Assembly (NCBI GenBank): GCA_016840095.1
Contig: JAEOSZ010000073.1
Span: forward strand, 1 to 36,256
DNA: 36,256 bases
Origin: Candidatus Heimdallarchaeota archaeon
GTDB lineage: Archaea > Asgardarchaeota > Heimdallarchaeia > Heimdallarchaeales > Heimdallarchaeaceae
Direction: 5' to 3'
Position numbers and translations under genes: made by a program. Of this stretch, positions 1 through 8,061 are shown one piece after another. The notes below the pieces were generated by a model. The model was not told where the DNA came from. It worked only from the letters and a program-made list of their open reading frames with translations, and did not search any database. The stretch's first letter is position 1; every line of letters starts with the position of its first letter.

Positions 1-811
1 AGAGAAATGGACTTTCAGGTGACCATAATTTCTGATTAGGGATATCAATAAAATATGGTCCTTCATCTTTGAATAGTTCCTTCTTAATTGAACTTCCTTG
101 AGCTTTAACATTTATTTGAACTTCATCATCAGGTTTGAAGTTAACATATACAGGACCAATGTTCACTTGAGAATCATCGATATCTGGGACTAGAAAAAGC
201 TTATTTACTCTTGTTCTAGGAACAGGTTCTAGCCACACAGTTCCCCAAATGCCTGAAACAGCTGTATAGAAAATCAGCCATGATTTTAATCTTTGTTTTC
301 CTCTTTCTTGCTTTCCTTTATTGGTTGGATCCCATACAGAGACCATAACTTCATTTTCCTCTGAATACTTTACATACTTAGTGATATCAAAATTGAATGG
401 TACAAATCCTCCTTTATGTACTCCGATTGAAGTACCATTAATCCATACTTCTGCTTTCCAATCAACTGCCCCAAAATGAAGAAGAATATCATTACCTTTC
501 CAAGCTTCAGGAATATCAAAAAATCTTCTATACCACAATAATTGATTAGGTTTAAGCTGTTTCTTTACACCAGATAAGGCTGACTCGACAGCAAATGGAA
601 CAAGGATTTTTTCTTCAAAAGAAAGAGGTTTTTGGGAATTTTTCGAAGTTATCACATAATCCCAAAGACCATTTAAATTTAGCCAAGATCTCCTAGCTAA
701 TTGAGGTCTAGGATATTCACTTAGAATATTATTTGTATCCACATTATCTGCCCATTTGGTAAGTATATTATCTCTATTCAGCTTCCAAACTTCTTGATTT
801 GATTTTGGCAT
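1..811 (-). CDS. Glycoside hydrolase family 2 (beta-galactosidase/glucuronidase-like), N-terminal part; runs off the window edge
   Basis: Not in the ORF track. Manual translation from ATG at 811: MPKSNQEVWKLNRDNILTKWADNVDTNNILSEYPRPQLARRSWLNLNGLWDY...ILVPFAVESALSGV...LLHFGAVDWKAEVWING...HKGGFVPFNFDIT...YTAVSGIWGTVWLEPVP...LWSPESPFL. These are GH2 sugar-binding and Ig-domain motifs. No signal peptide. Confidence 0.92.
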   Translation of the reverse strand, partial: MPKSNQEVWKLNRDNILTKWADNVDTNNILSEYPRPQLARRSWLNLNGLWDYVITSKNSQKPLSFEEKILVPFAVESALSGVKKQLKPNQLLWYRRFFDIPEAWKGNDILLHFGAVDWKAEVWINGTSIGVHKGGFVPFNFDITKYVKYSEENEVMVSVWDPTNKGKQERGKQRLKSWLIFYTAVSGIWGTVWLEPVPRTRVNKLFLVPDIDDSQVNIGPVYVNFKPDDEVQINVKAQGSSIKKELFKDEGPYFIDIPNQKLWSPESPFL

Positions 812-849
812 TAATAAAAGAGAAATCAAACAATTGAAAAATTTTTGTG

Positions 850-2553
850 TTAATTTTTCGATGAGCTTCTTTGTGACTCTATAATTTTTTCAACGTTTTG
901 AGGTTTTCTTAAACCATAAACTACTTGTTCTCCAAGACTGTTAGTATATCTTCTCATTACATCCTTGAAATTTTTACGAGTTTTGAGGTAATTCTCTTTG
1001 CATGTATTTAGATAGTATTCTGTTGCCTGTTTATCCCCAAAAATAATCAATGCTCCAGCTGCAACATTTCTCACAAAATCCTTACTATGATCAAGTCCTT
1101 CCTTTATATGTTCTTCTGCAATTGGATCACCTATAATGCCTAATGCAGCTATTATCCAAGCTTTAGTTTCATAGTCACGCACATCAGTCAAAGAATCTAT
1201 TAAAGCAGGAGTTGATCTAGAATCTTTGAAAATAAGAAGTGTTCCTGCAGCTTCTCTTTTTACTTTGTAATTTTGATCTTTTAATAATGGAATTACATCA
1301 TCTACAGCCTCTTGATATTCAAGTTCGCCTAAAGCTTGAAGAGCAAACATTCTTACTAAATAATGATTATCTGATAACATTTCTATGACTATATCCCCGA
1401 CACTCTTATCACCAAGATTTTCAAGTGCTTCTACAGCTTGTCTCCTAACCTCATATTCAGTATCTTTTAGAAGAAATTTAATTGATTCAAGTACTGCTAA
1501 ATCACCCATTAATCCAAAAGCTTTTGCAATGTTCGACCGAATAAACTTATTTGATGTATCAATTATTCTATCTAAAGAATCCTTTGCAACAATCCCCAGA
1601 TCACCTAATGCAATTGCTAAACCATCTCTTACCCATGTATCTGTTCTTGAATCTCCGAAAACTTCAACCATAATATCTAACGCTGAAATAGCATTCAACT
1701 CTCCTAAAGCTTCTGCTGCAGCTCTTCTTACTTTATTATCTTCTTTTTCATCTTGTAAAAGGATAATTAAGGAATCTATAGCCTTTGAATCTCCTTGTTG
1801 ACCTAATAATCTAGCTGAATATTCTCTATTGAGTCTAGATTCATCATGAAGTAAACTAATTAAAATCTCTGTTGGAATTTTAGCTTTTAAACTCTTTAGA
1901 GTATTAAGGGCACTGTTTCTTATTACCCAGTGTTCAGCTTGTAATTGATCAATTAAAGGAGAAATAGCTCGTTCATCTTTCAAATCTGCTAAACCTTCTG
2001 CCGCAAAAAACCTTATTCCATAGTTTTCTCTTTTGTCATTAGATATTTTTAACAAGACATCGAAAGCTGCAGGGTCTTTTAGTTTACTCAACTCAGTTAA
2101 AGCAGCAAGTCTAATTTTATCGTTCTTCTCTTCATTTAGAACTTTAATAAGAAAACTAACTGTTACTTCTTCAAGTTTCAAGTAAGAACTTAAAGCAGCT
2201 TCTCTTACATCAGAATCTTTGTCATCTAATATTTCTTTAAGGGGGTTTACTGATTTCTCGTTTCCAAGAATACCTAAGAGTTCGGCTGATCTTTTACGAA
2301 TTTCAGCACTTTTATCTTTGAGAAGTCTTATGAGAGAATCTTGAGCTCTAACATCCTTTAACTCTTCTAATTTCTTATATGCTTGCTCCCTAACAACCCA
2401 TTCATTATCTGTTAGACTTTGGACCAAAGTTTCAATGTCAATTTCTTCTTCTTTCTCTCTACAATCTTTAGCAGTATTTTGATCTTTTGCATAAAAATCT
2501 GATAGACTTACTTTTTGGTTGTTTTTTGTTTCAATTTCCTTGTTTTTCTTCAT
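850..2553 (-). CDS. HEAT-repeat (PBS-lyase type) protein
   Basis: Many ~31-aa repeats of the form L..LL.D....VR..AA.ALG.LG (e.g. LLKDTEYEVRRQAVEALENLGD). Confidence 0.9.
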   Translation of the reverse strand: MKKNKEIETKNNQKVSLSDFYAKDQNTAKDCREKEEEIDIETLVQSLTDNEWVVREQAYKKLEELKDVRAQDSLIRLLKDKSAEIRKRSAELLGILGNEKSVNPLKEILDDKDSDVREAALSSYLKLEEVTVSFLIKVLNEEKNDKIRLAALTELSKLKDPAAFDVLLKISNDKRENYGIRFFAAEGLADLKDERAISPLIDQLQAEHWVIRNSALNTLKSLKAKIPTEILISLLHDESRLNREYSARLLGQQGDSKAIDSLIILLQDEKEDNKVRRAAAEALGELNAISALDIMVEVFGDSRTDTWVRDGLAIALGDLGIVAKDSLDRIIDTSNKFIRSNIAKAFGLMGDLAVLESIKFLLKDTEYEVRRQAVEALENLGDKSVGDIVIEMLSDNHYLVRMFALQALGELEYQEAVDDVIPLLKDQNYKVKREAAGTLLIFKDSRSTPALIDSLTDVRDYETKAWIIAALGIIGDPIAEEHIKEGLDHSKDFVRNVAAGALIIFGDKQATEYYLNTCKENYLKTRKNFKDVMRRYTNSLGEQVVYGLRKPQNVEKIIESQRSSSKN

Positions 2554-2590
2554 GTTAATCCCATTGAAATTTTAGTATATACAAAAGAAA

Positions 2591-3364
2591 TTATTCCTTA
2601 AACTTCACTTCTAAATCTAAACTGCCTGTAAATACATTTACAAACTGAGTACTACGATCTTCTTCAGGAACACCAGCTGTATCCATCTCTTTTAGAAGCT
2701 GTTTACCTAAAGCTTGTAGCTTTCTATCAAACTCAAATATCAACTCATTAATCCTTAACACATGTCGAAATTTACAAATTTTTAAGGTACTAACATAAGT
2801 ACTTACATCTAATGGTGGTAAGATTATCTTCTCCTTAACTTCATCAAATCCTTCTTTTTCTGCCATTTCTGCTATCTGTTCTACTCCATCCATAGTTTCA
2901 TTTACCATCATTTTCTGAAGATTTGAAACAAAGTTGAAGTATGCTCTAGTTGAAGGAATTTCAGCAAGTTTTCCTGGATTAACTATTTCATTAACAACAT
3001 ATCGATCCAATTCTTCATCTGACATCTTATCAAATTCTTGTAAATCAAATGTTATTCTTTCCACTCTATCATCCATTAACTTCATATAAGCTTCATAGAG
3101 TTTGCTGACTCTTTTTGAAAGTTTATAGAAATTCCCCCAGCTTCTTTCAGATGTTTCACTATCAAATTCAATCGTGCTTTTGTCCCTCATTTTTCTGATA
3201 TATCTCAGAGTTGTACTCTCTGGTCGCTGAATCATTTTTGAGATTTTTTTCAAATTTAAAGACCCATACCATCTTAAAGCTGTAATAATTTGAAATTCTG
3301 TTTCATCTAACTGTAAGTCACTCATATCCTTCATAAGCTTTAGATAATCTTCTGATTCACTCAT
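2591..3364 (-). CDS. Winged helix-turn-helix transcriptional regulator with C-terminal helical (putative effector/dimerisation) domain
   Basis: N-terminal ETEFQIITALRWYGSLNLKKISKMIQRPESTTLRYIRKM...GNFYKLS fits an ArsR/TrmB-like wHTH. Divergent from the MFS pair. Confidence 0.8.
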   Translation of the reverse strand: MSESEDYLKLMKDMSDLQLDETEFQIITALRWYGSLNLKKISKMIQRPESTTLRYIRKMRDKSTIEFDSETSERSWGNFYKLSKRVSKLYEAYMKLMDDRVERITFDLQEFDKMSDEELDRYVVNEIVNPGKLAEIPSTRAYFNFVSNLQKMMVNETMDGVEQIAEMAEKEGFDEVKEKIILPPLDVSTYVSTLKICKFRHVLRINELIFEFDRKLQALGKQLLKEMDTAGVPEEDRSTQFVNVFTGSLDLEVKFKE

Positions 3365-3405
3365 ATTTCTTCATCATACAGTATTTTTTCACCCTTAAAA
3401 AGTTT

Positions 3406-3514
3406 TTCCATTTTGAAAGTAATTTCATATTGAGAGAAATGTTTATATAAGCTTGTGTAAAAAGATATTTCAGAAAGAAAATAATTCCAATTTGGAAGAA
3501 ATTCGGAAACGGAA
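3406..3514. promoter_or_regulatory. Divergent promoter region with five TTYC-N5-GRAA-like operator boxes
   Basis: Boxes at 3406 TTCCattttGAAA, 3423 TTTCatattGAGA, 3468 TTTCagaaaGAAA, 3485 TTCCaatttGGAA and 3502 TTCGgaaacGGAA, at exact 17-bp spacing within each group. TATA TTTATATA at 3442-3449 follows a purine-rich BRE-like run. Confidence 0.7.
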
Positions 3515-3523
3515 GTAATAAAA

Positions 3524-4918
3524 ATGAGTGAAAACAAACAAAAAATGGTTGAAATAGAGAAAAAAGAGAGTGCATTTGTGCTCTTAAAGAAGAAAGATTT
3601 TTCGGCATTATTTCTTGGTGGTTTTATTTCGAATATGGGTACATGGTTTACTCAAATGGCAGTCTTATTTTATGCTCTTCAGTTGGTATCTCATTTACCT
3701 GAAGATGATGCAACACAAGCAGTTGCACTTCTAGCTACATTTACACTGTTACCTATGTTAATATTAGGTCCTTTAGGAGGAGTTATTGCTGACAAGTATG
3801 ATAGAAAGAAAATAATGTTCTCTGCTGATATCTTAGGTATAGCAGTTGCTACTGGTTTGATTTTTGCAAATCAGATGTGGCATCTTTACTTACTTCTCAC
3901 CTTAAGTTCATCAGTTAGACAGTTCTTTTATCCTGCAAAAGGTGCCGCAATTCCAATGATTGTAGAGCAAGAGAAGTTACTTTCTGCCAATGGGTTTATA
4001 CAGACAACAAGTCAGTTATCTAGAATGCTCGGACCTTTAGCTGCAGGTTTTGTAATTGCAGCATTTGGATATCAAACAGCATTTATAATAGATGCAGTTT
4101 CATATGCAGTCTCAGCTGGATTTATACTGTTAATTTCAACAAATCTTAAAGCTCCACAAAAAGATGAAAAGGTAAGTGTGAAAAATGTCTTTGTGGGTAT
4201 GAGAGATGGAGCAAAAATAACATTTACAGATAAAATCATTGGCTTTGTAGTAATAAGCTTCGCAGTAACAATTTTTGCTGTTGGTGCAATAGATCCTGTT
4301 GCTGTTCCATACCTAAATTATGTTTTTGGACTAGGTGAAAAGGATTTTGGAATGATGATGATGTTTTCTGCTTTGAGTGGAGTTGTTGCTGCAGTAGGAT
4401 TATCAATCAAAGGAAAATTGAACAAAAAACTAGCTTTTATGTCTTATGCTATTATAGCATTAGGAATATGTGTTGCGATACTAGCTGTTGCACCTTTCTT
4501 ACCAGGACCAATAGTTTGGTTGTATGTAGGAATGACAGCAGTAGGATTCACTAATGTTGGATTTGCAATTCCATTCTCAACCTTATTGCAAAGCATAATT
4601 AAGAATGAACACTTGGGAAAGGTGAGTGGAATCATAGATACTGTCATGACAGGAGCTTCTCTTTTAGCATCAGTTTTAGCAGTACTACTAGCTAAGTATA
4701 TTCCAATAAGCGCACTACTTGGTATCGTATCAGGTATAATTCTTACATCAGGTTTAGTATTCATTGTGGTATCTAAAGTCAAGAAAATGGATCACACTGC
4801 AAGAGAAAGGGAAGAAGAGATGAAACTTTTCAAAGAACTGCTGAAAAAAGCTGAAGAAGTACCTTCTCTAACCTTCAAGAAAGCTGAAATTGATGAACTA
4901 CCTGCATTGAATCCTTGA
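3524..4918 (+). CDS. MFS transporter, DHA3/MefA-Tap-like putative efflux pump (paralog 1)
   Basis: About 12 hydrophobic segments; motif A GVIADKYDRK; FFYPAK, LLSANG and GKVSG motifs. Confidence 0.9.
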   Translation: MSENKQKMVEIEKKESAFVLLKKKDFSALFLGGFISNMGTWFTQMAVLFYALQLVSHLPEDDATQAVALLATFTLLPMLILGPLGGVIADKYDRKKIMFSADILGIAVATGLIFANQMWHLYLLLTLSSSVRQFFYPAKGAAIPMIVEQEKLLSANGFIQTTSQLSRMLGPLAAGFVIAAFGYQTAFIIDAVSYAVSAGFILLISTNLKAPQKDEKVSVKNVFVGMRDGAKITFTDKIIGFVVISFAVTIFAVGAIDPVAVPYLNYVFGLGEKDFGMMMMFSALSGVVAAVGLSIKGKLNKKLAFMSYAIIALGICVAILAVAPFLPGPIVWLYVGMTAVGFTNVGFAIPFSTLLQSIIKNEHLGKVSGIIDTVMTGASLLASVLAVLLAKYIPISALLGIVSGIILTSGLVFIVVSKVKKMDHTAREREEEMKLFKELLKKAEEVPSLTFKKAEIDELPALNP

Positions 4919-4928
4919 GTATAACTCA

Positions 4929-4947
4929 CTCTCCTCTTTCTTTTTTT
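4929..4947 (+). terminator. Oligo-pyrimidine/T-tract terminator
   Basis: CTCTCCTCTTTCTTTTTTT just after the MFS stop codon. Confidence 0.55.
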
Positions 4948-5134
4948 AGCTTTAACCTTTCAGCTTAAGCTCTTCACTTTTCCATTGTAACATTTCACTA
5001 GAAAATTAGATGATACAAAGAAATCATTTCTCTAATAAACTTTAGTTTCAGCCCCTTAAACTGGTGATTTTTAAAAATCATTAATAAAGAAGAGTTTTAT
5101 CGTATGCTAACAAACAAAAAGGAATGGATGAAAA

Positions 5135-5260
5135 ATGAAAGCATATCAAAAATCAAAACGAACTCAACAAACATCTAAAATTGAATATTGGTCATTTGGT
5201 GGTCACTTCTTCTCAACACTTTCTAATAAAGTGACCAGTAATAGTTCAATTAGAAAATAA
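5135..5260 (+). CDS. Putative 41-aa leader peptide or small protein MKAYQKSKRTQQTSKIEYWSFGGHFFSTLSNKVTSNSSIRK
   Basis: ATG 5135 to TAA 5260, ending immediately before the AGGTG SD-like motif of the next MFS gene. Below the ORF-track size cut-off. Translation unproven. Confidence 0.4.
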   Translation: MKAYQKSKRTQQTSKIEYWSFGGHFFSTLSNKVTSNSSIRK

Positions 5261-5270
5261 AGGTGTAGCT

Positions 5271-6725
5271 ATGAGTGAAGTTCAGACTGAAACTGAAATT
5301 TATGATGATATAACAGCTGAGGAAAAGAAATCCAATCCCCTTACTCTGTTAAGAAATTGGGATTTCTCAGCATTATTTCTGGGTGGTTTTATTAATAATG
5401 TAGGATCGTATTTTACTAGTGTAGCAATTATCTTCCTTGCATTAACTTTTACAAGTGGATTAACAGAAAACGAAGCTACACGTGCTATAGCATTAATGAC
5501 CACATTTACTTTAGCACCAATGTTAATACTAGGCCCTTTAGCAGGTGTCCTGGTTGACAAATTTGACCGTAAAAAAGTGATGATAATCGCTGATTTTCTA
5601 GGAGCTGTTGCTGCTTTTGGTTTGATAGCAGCATCACAGATGTGGCATTTGTATCTATTTGCTCTCTTCAACTCATCTGTGAGACAATTCTTCTATCCTG
5701 CTAAAACAGCCAGCATTCCTAGGTTAGTAAAGCAAGATCAGTTACTATCAGCTAATGGTTTTATTCAAACAACAAGCCAACTTTCTAGATTGATTGGACC
5801 ATTGATTGCAGGTTTTCTTATTGCTGCTTTTGGATTTGATATCGCTTTCATTATTGATGGTAGTTCTTACTTTGTATCTGCTATATTACTAATTACTATC
5901 AGAAGAAATCTTAAACCAGAAAAAACAGATGAAAAACTAACAATTCGCAGTGTAGGTGTTGGTTTAAAAGATGGTTTCAAACTTGCTTTTACAGACAAGA
6001 TAATTACTTTTGTGATAATTCTCTTTGCTTTTACAATACTCATGATAGGAATGATTGACCCACTAATTGTTCCTTACATGAACTTTGAATTTGGTGTAGG
6101 GGAACAGGAATTTGGTATGATGATGAGCTTTGCAGCTATAAGTGGATTAATTCTAGCTATCATTCTATCTGTGAAAGGTCAGTTAAAGAGAAAACTAACA
6201 TTCATGAGTGCTACAATATTAGTAGCTAGTATTTGTTTAGCTTTTCTAGCCCTTGCACCTTTCTTACCAGGAGGAGTAGCATGGATATGGGTAGGTATGA
6301 TACTTGTGGGATGTATCAATGTTGGTTTTAACCTACCATTCTCTACTCTCATACAAAGGATCATTCCTAACAAAGATTTAGGAAAGATTTCAGGTGTAGT
6401 AGATACTGTGATAACCGCAGCTTCAGTAACAGCTTCTGCAATAGCAGCTACTTTAGCTGGTGTAGTTTCAACTAGCTGGATATTCATCATCATAACAATC
6501 TGTATAGCTGTTGCAGGAATAGTAGGATTAGTTGTTATAAAATACATGAATTTAGAGCAGATTGCCCAACTCCGCGAAGAGAAAATGATGGCAATCGCAG
6601 AAAAAGAAGAAAGAGAGAAGAAAGAGAAAGAGATGGAAGTAGAATTCGACAATCAGGTCAAGCTCACCTTAGAAGAACTACTTAGTGATGAAGGTACTCC
6701 TTCTGCTAAACCAGCTCTAGAATGA
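5271..6725 (+). CDS. MFS transporter, DHA3/MefA-Tap-like putative efflux pump (paralog 2)
   Basis: Motif A GVLVDKFDRK. Shares DFSALFLGGFI, QMWHLYL, SSVRQFFYPAK, LLSANGFIQTTSQLSR and APFLPG with 3524..4918. AGGTG at 5261. Confidence 0.9.
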   Translation: MSEVQTETEIYDDITAEEKKSNPLTLLRNWDFSALFLGGFINNVGSYFTSVAIIFLALTFTSGLTENEATRAIALMTTFTLAPMLILGPLAGVLVDKFDRKKVMIIADFLGAVAAFGLIAASQMWHLYLFALFNSSVRQFFYPAKTASIPRLVKQDQLLSANGFIQTTSQLSRLIGPLIAGFLIAAFGFDIAFIIDGSSYFVSAILLITIRRNLKPEKTDEKLTIRSVGVGLKDGFKLAFTDKIITFVIILFAFTILMIGMIDPLIVPYMNFEFGVGEQEFGMMMSFAAISGLILAIILSVKGQLKRKLTFMSATILVASICLAFLALAPFLPGGVAWIWVGMILVGCINVGFNLPFSTLIQRIIPNKDLGKISGVVDTVITAASVTASAIAATLAGVVSTSWIFIIITICIAVAGIVGLVVIKYMNLEQIAQLREEKMMAIAEKEEREKKEKEMEVEFDNQVKLTLEELLSDEGTPSAKPALE

Positions 6726-6734
6726 AATCAGAAT

Positions 6735-6754
6735 CTTCTCTCTTCTTTTTTTTT
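6735..6754 (+). terminator. Oligo-pyrimidine/T-tract terminator
   Basis: CTTCTCTCTTC followed by a long T run after the stop codon. Confidence 0.55.
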
Positions 6755-6954
6755 GTTTGTATTTTAAAATGGATAAATTAGTAAATTTCTACATTGATAG
6801 GCGTTCTACTTAAAAATTCATTTAAAAAAGTATATAGATACCAAGTATTAGAATGTGTAACAGTTACAGGTTGTAGAAATGTAACATTAATATTATCAAT
6901 GTTTGCTAGCTTGGTTTCAGTGATAATTTTAAGAAAGAGAAGAAGATTGTGAGA

Positions 6955-7944
6955 TTAAGGTTCCATATTAATCTCTCTTATTCTATTTTTCTTGTTCAAA
7001 CAAATAATAAAAATGAAAGTGATCAAACTGACAGAAATAAGAAAATTTGTTTTATTGCTTTCTGCATATTTTAGAGGATATTCATCGATAGAATCAGATG
7101 GTCCATCTATATTATAAACTCCTTTTTTATTGTAGTCATCCCACCAATTTCCGTGTTGATTTTCTTCATCGAACCACAGATTATTTTCTCCTTCGTCATA
7201 ACCTTGACTAGATATCTCTCCAGTTCTTTCACCGTCTATTTCATATGTCAGTTCTACTGAATTATTAATGAAAATATTATGATGGATTACATTATAGCTA
7301 CTTAAAGAGCCTACAATAGCTAATCCATGTTGATTGCTATTCTTAATTATATTAGATGTAACTTCTGTAAAACTGGAAAATCTAACATTTATCCCTTGAT
7401 AATAACTAAGAAGAATATTATTTCCTTTAATCGTACAGTGGGAAGCATAGTTCAAATGTATTCCCTGCATAAAACCAGATATAGTGTTATTTTCAAGAAT
7501 TGTATACCCTACTCCGCAACCAATCCCACCACCATTACCTGAACTTGAATTTATCGTATTATTGATTATTTGAGCAGTTCCTATGGCATTGGTATTTTGT
7601 ATAAATATACCAATGTAAGCAGAAAATAACTTACAGTTTCTTATTACGAAGTAATCTGTTGTTCCTCCTATCTGAATTGCTGATCCTGATATATCTTCAG
7701 AATCTATTTGTAGGTTCTCTATTATATAGGGATTAGACAATGAACCATTTCCGTCAAATCCTAGAGTACTAAAATCATTATTTGAATTGATAACTATTGG
7801 TGAATGTTCGATTAGGGAAGTGTTGAAAATTTGAGAAGAATAATCATTTTTTGCATTTAGAGTTGAATTATTCAGAGGCAAAAAAAGTACTATGAACATT
7901 AGAAAAAGCAAATAAAATTTCACATATCTAGAGATTGAGAACAT
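6955..7944 (-). CDS. Secreted right-handed parallel beta-helix (NosD/CASH-like) surface protein with C-terminal membrane anchor
   Basis: N-terminal signal peptide; GNGSLSNPYIIENL motif; NNTI/GIHL repeats; GNWWDDY; DEYPL; hydrophobic C-terminus followed by KKNR. Confidence 0.85.
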   Translation of the reverse strand: MFSISRYVKFYLLFLMFIVLFLPLNNSTLNAKNDYSSQIFNTSLIEHSPIVINSNNDFSTLGFDGNGSLSNPYIIENLQIDSEDISGSAIQIGGTTDYFVIRNCKLFSAYIGIFIQNTNAIGTAQIINNTINSSSGNGGGIGCGVGYTILENNTISGFMQGIHLNYASHCTIKGNNILLSYYQGINVRFSSFTEVTSNIIKNSNQHGLAIVGSLSSYNVIHHNIFINNSVELTYEIDGERTGEISSQGYDEGENNLWFDEENQHGNWWDDYNKKGVYNIDGPSDSIDEYPLKYAESNKTNFLISVSLITFIFIICLNKKNRIREINMEP

Positions 7945-8032
7945 ATAATAAATTTAAATTAGGCACTTATTTATCTTTAGTCAAGGTTATACTTTAACAT
8001 TAATAAATTTAGAATAAGTGTGAAAAGTAGTT

Positions 8033-8051
8033 AAAATAAAAAAGAGGGAGG
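8033..8051 (-). terminator. Oligo-pyrimidine terminator of trpB2
   Basis: Minus strand reads TCCTCCCTCTTTTTTATTTT after the TAA. Confidence 0.5.
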
Positions 8052-8061
8052 ATAGATTTTC

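Noticed and set aside
850-2553. HEAT protein as an adaptin/coatomer trunk homolog
   Set aside because: The repeats are regular ~31-aa PBS-lyase-type units common in prokaryotes, with no adaptin-specific features.
3406-3518. 17-bp periodic repeats as a mini-CRISPR or iteron array
   Set aside because: Units are too short and degenerate, have no unique spacers, and no cas or rep genes are present. An operator array fits better.
5104-5178. Alternative 24-codon uORF MLTNKKEWMKNESISKIKTNSTNI
   Set aside because: It starts too close to the candidate TATA elements and is not coupled to the MFS start, so it is less plausible than 5135..5260.
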